Source: Actinomycetota bacterium
GTDB lineage: Bacteria > Actinomycetota > UBA4738 > JBBDHU01
Assembly (NCBI GenBank): GCA_040880705.1
Contig: JBBDHU010000001.1
Coordinates: 417,408-481,407 of the forward strand
Reading direction: 5' to 3'
Length of the DNA stretch: 64,000 nucleotides
Shown piece after piece: positions 55,678 through 64,000 of the stretch (the first letter of the stretch is position 1; every line of letters starts with the position of its first letter). The translations under genes were made by a program, and so were the position numbers. Below the pieces are notes generated by a model that did not search any database, was not told where the DNA came from, and was given only the letters and a program-made list of their open reading frames with translations.

Positions 55678-56074
55678 CGTGTCGGAAAGAGCCGGGGAGA
55701 TGGGTCAGGTGCTGGGGGCAAGCGTAACGCTGACGGGCTGGTCGGACGGCCGCCTGGCCGACGTCGCGAAGGCCCTCGCGGAGATCATGCCCTCAGCCGT
55801 CGCGCCGTCCGAGGACAGCCTTCCGCTCCTCGCCCTCGAGACTCCGTCGCGCGACAAGGCGGAATGGGCGCTGGACCTTCTCGAAGCCGCCGGCGGTGCG
55901 GTCTCGATAGCCCGGGTGTGGATGGCACCCGAGAAAGGCGACAACTCCCGCCCCGCTTGCCCGTCCTGCGGATCCAAACAGACCCAGCCGTTCACCCACG
56001 CAGGTCCCGTTGCCCGGGTGAACATGAAGTGCACCGACTGCGGGCACCTGTTCAAGGTGAAATCGACCCGATGA
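55678..56074 (+). CDS. Hypothetical protein with C-terminal zinc-ribbon (CPSCG...CTDCGH)
   Basis: GTG start after an AAGGAA RBS. C-terminal CxxC...CxxC. The 5' region of ORF-track entry 55358..56074 is judged non-coding. Confidence 0.4.
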
Positions 56075-56148
56075 TAGGTGGCAGGATGGGGAAAACGACG
56101 AACCCCGGCAGTGCCGGGGTTCGTCAACTGTAGAGCGGCGAGTTTGAC

Positions 56149-56856
56149 CTACTCGCAGTCGGTCTTGGTGTCGGCCGGGTCCTTGCTGCAGTTGTCCGTG
56201 CCCGGACCCCCGAAGATGGTGTCCCCGCTTGAGCTATCGACCGTGTTTAGCGTGTCGTTGCCCCCCTTGCCTCGTACCACATCGCTGTCCCCACTCGCTT
56301 GAGCCGTGATGGTGTTTGGGTCGTCGTCACCGGCGAGCTCGTCGTTGTAAGTGGAGAACGACTTTAGGTTCTCGATTCCGGTAACGGGATCATCGGAATA
56401 GCCGAACCCATCTTCCGTGACTATCGGGTGGATGGTGTTGGCGAGATCGATGTTTGCGATGTCATTTGGTTCGAGGCAGACACAGATCACGTCCGTTCCG
56501 CTACCGCCGCTTATCGTGTCGTTGCCGGCGTCGGTGTAGATGTGATCGTTTCCGCCTTCACCGTTGATCGTGTCGGCGTGCGCATTGAGGCCGGTTCTTG
56601 TGTCGGCACAGATCTGGTCGTTCCCGCCGCCCGCGTTGATTGTGTCGGCCCCCTGGAGTGCCAGGATGACGTCGTCGCCGCTGGTCCCATTGATCGTTTC
56701 GCCGCTCGTCGTACCCGTGATGGTGGGCTCTAGACCGAAACAGTTGAGTTCCGGCGGCGCCCACGCAGGACCGGCGAGAGTCGCCATGAGCACCGCAGCT
56801 CCGGCTGCAGCCCCAAGCAGCCTCGCGCGTATGGTTGGGATTCCATTCATCGTCAT
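56149..56856 (-). CDS. Secreted calcium-binding repeat protein (RTX/hemolysin-type GGxGxD repeats)
   Basis: Signal peptide. Repeats GGNDQI, GGNDHI, GGSGTD, GGNDTL. Confidence 0.65.
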   Translation of the reverse strand: MTMNGIPTIRARLLGAAAGAAVLMATLAGPAWAPPELNCFGLEPTITGTTSGETINGTSGDDVILALQGADTINAGGGNDQICADTRTGLNAHADTINGEGGNDHIYTDAGNDTISGGSGTDVICVCLEPNDIANIDLANTIHPIVTEDGFGYSDDPVTGIENLKSFSTYNDELAGDDDPNTITAQASGDSDVVRGKGGNDTLNTVDSSSGDTIFGGPGTDNCSKDPADTKTDCE

Positions 56857-56944
56857 GCCCTCCTTGATGACCCAGGCTGGGTCCGTGACTCGCAGACTAG
56901 TGACCCAACCCCGCGCGCAAGGCTTCGAATGAGCGCTCTTTTGA

Positions 56945-57295
56945 TCAGTCGGCCGGCAGATACCCAGACCGTTGCGCGTTCACGGCCGCCTGCGTGCGGT
57001 TCCGCGCGTCGAGACGGAGGAGCAGGTGGCGAAGCGTGTGTTTTACCCGGCTGATGGAGGAGTGCAGTCGTCCAGCGATTTGCATGTCGGTCATCCCGTC
57101 GGCGATGCAGCAGAGAATTTGTAGCTCGTAGTTGGTCAACGGTGCTTCGGACGGGCGGCGCGATTGCGCGGGAATATCGTGTCCAGAGGCGTCGTGTGCT
57201 CCCTGAACCCGAATCTCGAGATGTTGACCGCAATTGTCGCAGAGGACTGAAACCTCAGGATCTCGACTCTTGCCGTTTTCTCCATTCGCCGACAT
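56945..57295 (-). CDS. LuxR-family HTH transcriptional regulator (stand-alone DNA-binding domain)
   Basis: LTNYELQILCCIADGMTDMQIAGRLHSSISRVKHTLRHLLLRL is a LuxR-type HTH. Confidence 0.65.
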   Translation of the reverse strand: MSANGENGKSRDPEVSVLCDNCGQHLEIRVQGAHDASGHDIPAQSRRPSEAPLTNYELQILCCIADGMTDMQIAGRLHSSISRVKHTLRHLLLRLDARNRTQAAVNAQRSGYLPAD

Positions 57296-57361
57296 CGTTA
57301 GGACCCTACCAACCCTAGAATGCGCAAGGGAAACTCTGGCTTCGATTATTTAGATGAATGA

Positions 57362-57709
57362 CTAGCGACTAGAAGGATATTCGCTTGAGCGTTGCACTTG
57401 AGGAGGCCACTGGTCTGAGGAGAGCAAACCTTTGACTAGCGCCATCGCGATTAGCGCGGTGCGGTTTCGAGTCCCGGTGAGCTGAAGAAGCTTTCCCACG
57501 TGGTAGGAGATCGCTTGAGGGCTGAGGCCAAGCTGTGCCGCGACCTCCCTGGTGGAGAACCCGATGGCGGTCAGCTGAAGGATGCTCGCTTGTCTCTCGG
57601 TCAGAGTGGGAAGCCGTGATCGTCTCACCGGTGGTGCCGTGCGGGGAGGCCGTTCCGCTACGGATCCTGCGGATCTGGCTCCGTTGCCCTCAGGCTGCAA
57701 ATTGGACAT
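57362..57709 (-). CDS. LuxR-family HTH transcriptional regulator (stand-alone)
   Basis: LTERQASILQLTAIGFSTREVAAQLGLSPQAISYHVGKLLQL. Start set at the internal Met (MSNLQPEG). Confidence 0.6.
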   Translation of the reverse strand: MSNLQPEGNGARSAGSVAERPPRTAPPVRRSRLPTLTERQASILQLTAIGFSTREVAAQLGLSPQAISYHVGKLLQLTGTRNRTALIAMALVKGLLSSDQWPPQVQRSSEYPSSR

Positions 57710-57978
57710 ATCTATAGGTGTATTACCTATCAGCGCTTGCCGGTTCGCGTTTTCTGGGCGAAATAGTTGGTTTTCGCGGGTCAACGACGTTCTGCGCTGC
57801 ATTCTCCTCGAGCCTGGTCTTGATGATCTTCCTGTTGTCCCCCAGTACTTCGATGACCGCCTCAGTGGCGGGAAAGAGGCTGCAGGTCCTGGAACGCGGC
57901 ATAGGACACGAGGAACCGGCCATGATCTTTGAAGGCCGGCCATCTGGTAGCTGATCGTTTAGGCTGCGCGTCACGCAG

Positions 57979-59133
57979 GTGCTGAGGAGACAGCCGAGGA
58001 TGAGTCCGGCACGCAAACACACTCCGTATCATCAGAAGTTCGTCGAACTCGGGGCCGAGATCGGCGATCGCATCGGATTCGATGCCGCGGTCGTATTCAC
58101 TTCCGTCGAAGAAGAGCACCTGGCGACGCGCAATGCAGTGGGCATCTACGACGTTTATTACCAAGGTCCGATCGACATCAAGGGTCCGGACGCCGAGAAA
58201 CTGCTCGACCGGATCCTTGTTCGCGATGTCCCTAGACGGCTGATCGACGGGCGCGTGCTCTACTCGTCGGTGTGCAACGAGGCCGGAGGGATGATCGACG
58301 ACCTGACCGCATACAGGCTTTCGTCAGAGCACTTTTGGTTGATTCCTACCCCCTCGCGGGTCGAGGCGATCGAAGCGCACCTCCGCGCCGAGGCGCAGTC
58401 CCTTCGGGCCTACGTGACGAACTGCGTGTCGGGCACCGCGTACCTCTCGGTCCAAGGACCCCGTTCAAGGGAGTTGCTGGCAGGGCTAGCGCCCGATGCA
58501 GACCTGTCGACGGCGGCGCTGCCCTACTACAACTTCATCGAGACGACCGTCGCCGAAGCGCCGACGCTTCTCTCGCGCACGGGATACTCCGGTGAACTCG
58601 GCTACGAGCTTTACTACCCGCGCGACTACGCCTCGCACATGTGGGAAGCGGTCCATGCGGCCGGCGCCGGCCTCGCGGCGAAACCCGCGGGGCTCGGGGC
58701 CCTTCGAAGCACGAGGATGGAGAAGAAGTATCCCCTCTACCTTCTGGATGTCAGCGAGGAGACGACACCTTTGGAGGCGGCCCTGGGCTGGGCGGTCGAC
58801 ATCGACGGCGCGGATTTCATCGGACGCGACGCTCTCGCGAAGCAGCGCGACGATGGCGTAACTCGAATACTCGCAGGCATCGAATTCCCCGACACGACTT
58901 TTCTGCCCGCGGCCGGTGACCTGATCAGCGCCGACGGACGGGAGGTCGGGAAGGTCACTTCGTCGGACACCGGCTGGTTCCTCGGGAAGAACTTGGCTAT
59001 GGGCTATGTGGACGCCGGCACCCCGCAGGGATCGGAGGTCACGGTCGTATCAGCGGAAACCGGCGAGTCGGCCGCCGGCGTTCTAAGCGACCGGGCCTTC
59101 TACGATCCCGATCGGGAACGAGTAAGGGCCTGA
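57979..59133 (+). CDS. Aminomethyltransferase (GcvT/folate-binding) family protein
   Basis: GcvT-like motifs (GIYDVYYQGPIDIKG, ...TGYSGELGYELYYP...). An alternative start at 58000. Confidence 0.8.
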   Translation: MLRRQPRMSPARKHTPYHQKFVELGAEIGDRIGFDAAVVFTSVEEEHLATRNAVGIYDVYYQGPIDIKGPDAEKLLDRILVRDVPRRLIDGRVLYSSVCNEAGGMIDDLTAYRLSSEHFWLIPTPSRVEAIEAHLRAEAQSLRAYVTNCVSGTAYLSVQGPRSRELLAGLAPDADLSTAALPYYNFIETTVAEAPTLLSRTGYSGELGYELYYPRDYASHMWEAVHAAGAGLAAKPAGLGALRSTRMEKKYPLYLLDVSEETTPLEAALGWAVDIDGADFIGRDALAKQRDDGVTRILAGIEFPDTTFLPAAGDLISADGREVGKVTSSDTGWFLGKNLAMGYVDAGTPQGSEVTVVSAETGESAAGVLSDRAFYDPDRERVRA

Positions 59134-59250
59134 GCCCGGATTTTCGCCATTCACAACGGAGCGGGGCCACGCGAGCACGGGGACTACGTTCGTGCCGGCT
59201 TTGCCGAGCGACGACCTCACGCCTAGACTCGCCGGCGAAGGGAGGCCGAG

Positions 59251-59493
59251 ATGGCTGACGACGGTGTGATCGATCGCATCAACGAGCTGGCGGAAGAAGA
59301 ACACCGGCTGTTCGAAAAGGAGTCGAAAGGTGCCGCAACCGGTGAAGAGAGAGCGCGACTGAAGGAAGTCGAGGTTTCACTCGATCAGTGTTGGGATCTA
59401 TTGCACCAGCGCAGAGCGCGGCGAAACGCCGGGATGGATCCCGACGACGCGACAGTCCGCGACGCTAAGACTGTGGAGGGATATCTCGGCTGA
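59251..59493 (+). CDS. DUF2630 family protein
   Basis: RINELAEEEHRLFEK... pattern and size typical of DUF2630. Confidence 0.6.
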   Translation: MADDGVIDRINELAEEEHRLFEKESKGAATGEERARLKEVEVSLDQCWDLLHQRRARRNAGMDPDDATVRDAKTVEGYLG

Positions 59494-59506
59494 ACCGAGC
59501 GAGGAA

Positions 59507-60322
59507 TTGCACATCGCACATGACGTCAAGACCGTCGGGCTTCCAAACCAACTAGAGCTGCCATACATTGAACAAGGAGACCCTTCAGGGGTTCCCTTGG
59601 TGCTTCTCCACGCCATCGCAGACTCTTGGCATACCTTCGAGCTCGTAATTCCTCATCTGCCCGACTCGATCCGCACTCTCGCACTGACACAGAGGGGCCA
59701 TGGCGACGCGAGCCGCCCGGCGGAGGGATATCGTCCGCAGGACTTCGCGTCGGATCTGGTCGCGTTCATGGACGCACTCCGCATCGAGGCAGCAGTCATT
59801 GCAGGTGGTTCCAGCGGAGGCTTCATCGCGAGGCGTTTCGCCATCGATCATCCCGAGCGCACACTCGGCCTCGCACTCATCGGCTCACCGTTCACCCTCC
59901 ACGACAAGCCGGGTGTCCAGAAGATGTGGGACTCGGCCTTCTCCACTCTGACTGATCCGATCGACCCGAGCTTCGTTCGCGAGTTCGTAGAGGGCACACT
60001 CGCCCAGCCGGTACCGCAAGCGTTCTTGGAAACGATCGTGGAGGAGAACCTCAAGGTGCCCGCGCGCGTCTGGAAGGCAACGATGAAAGGTCTCCTGGAA
60101 GATGACTCCTTCGAGGAGCTCGGCAAGATACGAGCCCCGACGCTCGTTGTCTGGGGAGATCAGGATGCGATTCTTCCTCGGCGCGACCAGGAGACGATGG
60201 CGTCGGCGATCCCGGGTTCGCGGCTTCTCGTGTATCCGGGCGCGGGACACGCGTTCTACTGGGAGGAACCCGGGCTCTTTGCGTCCGACCTCGTCGCCTT
60301 CGTCGAAAGTCTCGCCGGCTGA
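59507..60322 (+). CDS. Alpha/beta hydrolase fold protein
   Basis: Nucleophile elbow GGSSGG, HG oxyanion motif LVLLHA, C-terminal GAGHAF catalytic His context. Confidence 0.8.
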   Translation: MHIAHDVKTVGLPNQLELPYIEQGDPSGVPLVLLHAIADSWHTFELVIPHLPDSIRTLALTQRGHGDASRPAEGYRPQDFASDLVAFMDALRIEAAVIAGGSSGGFIARRFAIDHPERTLGLALIGSPFTLHDKPGVQKMWDSAFSTLTDPIDPSFVREFVEGTLAQPVPQAFLETIVEENLKVPARVWKATMKGLLEDDSFEELGKIRAPTLVVWGDQDAILPRRDQETMASAIPGSRLLVYPGAGHAFYWEEPGLFASDLVAFVESLAG

Positions 60323-60438
60323 AGACCTTCGACACACGGTCTTAATAAACCGCTCCGCCATCCGCTGGGGCAAAGCCGCGGGTCGTTCCCCGCATCCGCC
60401 ACGCTCTCCGGGCTAGTAGTCGAAGAAAGGGGTTCTCA

Positions 60439-61167
60439 TCACGGTGGAGAACGGCGGCTCCGACGGCCACGCTCGATTACCCGCCTCGCAGCGTAGGCAA
60501 GACCTGAAACGACGTATCGGATCGAGTCAATGATCGGGATGGACGACGATTCTTTCGTGTACCTGGTAGGGATCGGAACCTCCACCACCCTTTGCCGCGA
60601 CGTAACCGCATCGACCAGAAACTGGGCATCGAAAGCGTGTCCCTCAGAGTAGCCTAGGTAGGGAACCGCCAGGAGGCAGTCGCGGGTGTACGCTCGCATG
60701 CCGCTATGCATTTCGGTGAAGCGGGTTCCCAGTATGAGGTTCTGCGCGATCGTGGTTAGTCGGTTGCCCAGGTAGCGGTACAGAGGCATCCCGCCGGCTA
60801 CGGGGTCCCCCATACCCGCGAATCGCGATCCGAATGTCATATCGGCATCGCCTGCGAGTATGGGAGCCAGCAGCAGCGGAACGGCCTTCGGATCGTATTG
60901 GTAGTCGGGATGCAGCATCACAACGATGTCGGCGCCTTCCTTGAGCGCGACCGTGTAGCACGTTTTCTGGTTCCCCCCGTATCCCCGATTGTGCGGATGA
61001 ACATGAACCCGAAGGCCGAGTTGCCTGGCCAGGTCGGCTGTGCCGTCCGGGCTTGCGTCGTCCACGAGGATCAGCTCTTCGGCCACTCCACGAGGGATGT
61101 CCAAGACAGTCTTGGCTAGGGTCTGCTGAGCCTTGTAGGCAGGCATCGTGATGACGACTTTGGGCAC
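60439..61167 (-). CDS. Glycosyltransferase family 2 (polyprenol-phosphate sugar transferase-like)
   Basis: VVITMPAYK...LILVDDASPDGT...DAD. GTG start at 61167 preceded by an AGGAGG RBS that overlaps the upstream gene's stop. Confidence 0.7.
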   Translation of the reverse strand: MPKVVITMPAYKAQQTLAKTVLDIPRGVAEELILVDDASPDGTADLARQLGLRVHVHPHNRGYGGNQKTCYTVALKEGADIVVMLHPDYQYDPKAVPLLLAPILAGDADMTFGSRFAGMGDPVAGGMPLYRYLGNRLTTIAQNLILGTRFTEMHSGMRAYTRDCLLAVPYLGYSEGHAFDAQFLVDAVTSRQRVVEVPIPTRYTKESSSIPIIDSIRYVVSGLAYAARRVIERGRRSRRSPP

Positions 61168-61180
61168 CTCGAGGATCCTC

Positions 61181-62569
61181 CTAGGCACCCTGGCTGTGCG
61201 TCGCCAGAGCCGATCCATGCATGGCTTGACGACCATCAGGTTCGGAGTCATGACCCTGACGGAACGCGGCGAAGAGCAGGTACGTGCCCCCGAAGATGAG
61301 CAGAAGGATTAGGGGGTCCGTGGGTACGCGGTGCCGTGGCGACGTGTAAACGACCGTTATGGTCGTTACAGCGCAATAGACCACTAGGGAAAGGGCAATC
61401 CACCATGTCTGGATCGCGGACCTGTTGCTGAACGGCCCGGCGATCGACGCGCCTAATCGGCGCGCAATGTTCAGCCCGATGACTCCTACCAACTGCACGA
61501 AGAAAGCCAGAAGCAACCCGAAATGCGCAAGCAAGAACCAAAGGGAGAAGCCGCGGGTGCCAAAGTCCGCAGATGTCCCCCCTGTGGTCGGAAGGATGTA
61601 TCTTCCGGCGTCGGTCACGACGCTCGCGGAGTATTCGCCCGGATGATGCCGGATGAGCCGAAGATTTAGCGCCAGCATGTATTGCGAGAGCGTCGCTCGA
61701 TCCATGTTTAGATCGGCTTCGAGCTGGTCAATCGCCTGCAAGGCGTACATAGGTCCCCCTCGCGGATTGGTCTCAAGGGCCCTTTCCCTTGCGGCGATGA
61801 GGAATGGTTTTGCCGGATCGTCGTCTGAAAGGTGATCGATGAGGAGCGTCGTCTTGGTGCTCAATAGCCAGCCGGTGAGAGGTGAGAACCCGGGGTACCC
61901 GAAGCGGACGGCGTTGAACAGAGTCATCCCCCCGATCAAGACTGCCGATCCGAGGATGAGCAGCCCCGCCGACCGTAATGCCTCCCCACGATGTCCTCTC
62001 CTCCAGAGCCATACGAGCACGGCAACAGCCATTAACACGCCATAGAACTGGAAGTTGGGGCGCATGAAAGCCGCAATCGCGATCGAAATCCCGGCCAGCA
62101 GAGCATCGCGCGCCTTTCTTCGTTCCATCCATCGAACTAAGAACATCGCCGTGAGCGCCACGAACAATGCGCAGGATGTCTCGCTCAACCCGAACGTCAC
62201 TCTCTCCATCAGGGGCGGACTAAGGAGGACAAAAGCTAGACCGAGCGAGCCCAGATGGGGAAGATCGAATCGTTGAGCAAGAGCGATGATCACCCAAACG
62301 GTGCAAAGGTGGAACGCGAGTTGGACGACGAAGAGTACCGGAGTGAGCTGCTCCTCGCTGCCCGTCAACACGAGAATCGCTGGGTATCCAAGCGATCGAT
62401 AAAAGAGCGTGCCGAGGTCCAGCTCGGACAGCCTTTGGGCTGCACCTTGATAAGACGATGTGTCTACCTGCACCCGCGGGGTCGTGCCCCAAAGGGCGAT
62501 GCACAGCAAAGAACCCACGACCATGAGGATCGCGACCCATACAGCTACTCGTGGCGGCACGCCGAGCAT
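61181..62569 (-). CDS. Polytopic membrane glycosyltransferase (ArnT/PMT-like, GT-C fold)
   Basis: About 12 TM helices. Start at the ATG at 62569 (MLGVPPRVAVW...). The 5' extension in the ORF track is discarded. Confidence 0.55.
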   Translation of the reverse strand: MLGVPPRVAVWVAILMVVGSLLCIALWGTTPRVQVDTSSYQGAAQRLSELDLGTLFYRSLGYPAILVLTGSEEQLTPVLFVVQLAFHLCTVWVIIALAQRFDLPHLGSLGLAFVLLSPPLMERVTFGLSETSCALFVALTAMFLVRWMERRKARDALLAGISIAIAAFMRPNFQFYGVLMAVAVLVWLWRRGHRGEALRSAGLLILGSAVLIGGMTLFNAVRFGYPGFSPLTGWLLSTKTTLLIDHLSDDDPAKPFLIAARERALETNPRGGPMYALQAIDQLEADLNMDRATLSQYMLALNLRLIRHHPGEYSASVVTDAGRYILPTTGGTSADFGTRGFSLWFLLAHFGLLLAFFVQLVGVIGLNIARRLGASIAGPFSNRSAIQTWWIALSLVVYCAVTTITVVYTSPRHRVPTDPLILLLIFGGTYLLFAAFRQGHDSEPDGRQAMHGSALATHSQGA

Positions 62570-62783
62570 TATCTTTCTCCGCCGAACTTCGTCACTGGTT
62601 GAGACTGGGAGCGCACGCGCTGTCTTGGACGGATCCACGCAGCGGATTGTCCCATGGGATTGATCCGCGCTCGTGGTCCAGCCCAGGTAGCCGGAACTGC
62701 TGGAGATCGGCGACGCGTTAAGTGCACCATTAGAAGATCCAAACTGCGACACACGGCTTAGGGAAAGTAGACTCCATCCCGAG

Positions 62784-64000
62784 ATGCCCAAACGCAAGAG
62801 GTTCGCGGGATCGATTGTGGGCTTCATTGCGGGGCTATTGCTATCGATGCCGGCCGGGACGATCGCTTCCCCGCTGCCACTTGCACCCGGCGACCTCGCG
62901 TGGTCGGTGAGCTTCGGCGCCGGCGTTCCCCTGACCCACGCAGGCTTCGACGCTGTCGCCGCACATGGCGGGTTTGTGGCAGCTGTGGGGGAAAAGTCGA
63001 CATACGGACCGGTGTCCGATCCGTTCGAGGGGAGACCTCTGCTCGAACGGGATGGTCTGGTATTCGGAATCGACGCTTCCAACGGCGACGAACTCTGGAG
63101 CCGGATGTTTCCAGGCGCCCCGAACACCTGGCAGACTCTCGATGCGGTCGCGCTTTCGCCGGATGGTTCTCGGGTGTTCGTCACCGGTTCCGAATCGCCG
63201 AAGGACGAATTCGACCGCAATGTGCTCATCCTGTGCTTCGACACTGCAACCGGCGACCTTCTTTGGGAACGACGCTACGGCGATGGAACCAAGGATCGGT
63301 GGGGGAGCTTCATCGAGGTCACGCCCGACGGCGGGACCGTCGTCGTCGGTGGCGGGGCGTGGGAGAACAGTCATCCCCCGGTTATAGGTCCAGTCGGTGG
63401 TCGATTCGTGACGCTTGCCCTCGACGCTGCTACCGGCGTCGTCGAATGGCATCGCGAGTGGCAGCACCGGTTTGGGCTCGACAGGGTCGATGAGGCCAGG
63501 GGGATGGCGCTTAGTCCGGACGGTTCGCAGGTGGTCGTAACGGGGATGAGCAACCGCAAGGCGAGAGGGATCGACTACGCGACGATTGCGTATGCGGTCG
63601 AGGACGGAACGCGGTCGTGGATAGCGTGGTTCGACGGGCCGGCGACCGGTTTGGACGACCAAGACACTCCCGAAGATGTGGTCTACGACCCGGACGGATC
63701 TCAGGTCGTGGTTACCGGCTATAGCTGGAACAACCGGAACGGGTACATGTTCGCCACGCTCGCCTATCGAGCCTCGGACGGCCACCGGCGTTGGCTGGTC
63801 CGCTACGACGGTCCGGCGCGGGGCCTGACCTCGGACATCCCGACCGGCGCGGCGTTCGCTCCAAATGGGACGCAGGTTTACGTCACCGGCGACGATCAGC
63901 GCTCCGTGTCAACGGTCGCCTACCGCGCGGGCAGCGGAAGCGAGCGCTGGGTGCGGGTGCGTTCGCACGCCGCCGGGAAGGTCCACCCGAGTGATGGGCT
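62784..64000 (+). CDS. Secreted PQQ-like beta-propeller repeat protein, 3' end beyond the window (not in ORF track)
   Basis: Starts MPKRKRFAGSIVGFIAGLLLSMPAG (signal peptide). Repeats ...PDGS.V.VTG... and ...A.D..TG...W...Y. The frame is open to the window end. Confidence 0.55.
   Translation, partial: MPKRKRFAGSIVGFIAGLLLSMPAGTIASPLPLAPGDLAWSVSFGAGVPLTHAGFDAVAAHGGFVAAVGEKSTYGPVSDPFEGRPLLERDGLVFGIDASNGDELWSRMFPGAPNTWQTLDAVALSPDGSRVFVTGSESPKDEFDRNVLILCFDTATGDLLWERRYGDGTKDRWGSFIEVTPDGGTVVVGGGAWENSHPPVIGPVGGRFVTLALDAATGVVEWHREWQHRFGLDRVDEARGMALSPDGSQVVVTGMSNRKARGIDYATIAYAVEDGTRSWIAWFDGPATGLDDQDTPEDVVYDPDGSQVVVTGYSWNNRNGYMFATLAYRASDGHRRWLVRYDGPARGLTSDIPTGAAFAPNGTQVYVTGDDQRSVSTVAYRAGSGSERWVRVRSHAAGKVHPSDG

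Noticed and set aside
62841-63785. 314-aa minus-strand ORF and plus-strand ORFs 62900..63493 and 62965..63387
   Set aside because: They overlap a convincing plus-strand signal-peptide and beta-propeller gene (62784 to the window end) that the track omitted because it has no in-window stop.

Overview
This is a high-GC (about 68-70%), gene-dense bacterial chromosomal segment. The overall gene content points to an actinobacterial-type genome, but that is inference only: ClpS next to DUF2017, F420-type luciferase-like oxidoreductases, many RsbW/RsbV partner-switching modules, separate LigD-like ligase and polymerase genes, GTG starts and 4-bp ATGA/GTGA overlaps. I found no rRNA, tRNA or CRISPR array.

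The first ~10.5 kb reads as an accessory, defence-island-like region. Its contents, in order:
- a translationally coupled two-gene operon at 525-3316 with no described counterpart that I can name: an endonuclease-III-like HhH-GPD DNA glycosylase fused to a large uncharacterised N-terminal domain, followed by a PD-(D/E)XK nuclease;
- a DUF3800 protein;
- a duplicated cassette (one intact copy, one internally deleted) of a very basic 43-aa protein overlapping a TIR-like / DUF4062-like protein;
- a secreted thermonuclease with an Excalibur domain;
- two type II toxin-antitoxin modules (a third lies at 15.8-16.5 kb);
- a GNAT acetyltransferase, a Mth938-like protein and a DUF4242 protein.

The remaining ~53 kb looks like ordinary chromosome: transporters, isoprenoid and F420/flavin enzymes, two large sensor histidine kinases, metallophosphoesterase, ClpS, a dense cluster of STAS/anti-sigma/SigB partner-switching genes, type IV pilin-like protein, secreted beta-propeller proteins, NlpC/P60 peptidase, YibE/F, a Tat-exported phosphoesterase, pirin, NHEJ ligase and polymerase, LuxR-type regulators, GcvT-like protein, a hydrolase, and a GT2 plus membrane-glycosyltransferase pair.

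I also describe several small ORFs and one long end-truncated ORF that the six-frame track does not list. All family assignments come from motif recognition by eye. None could be confirmed by a database search, so specific family names are hypotheses.
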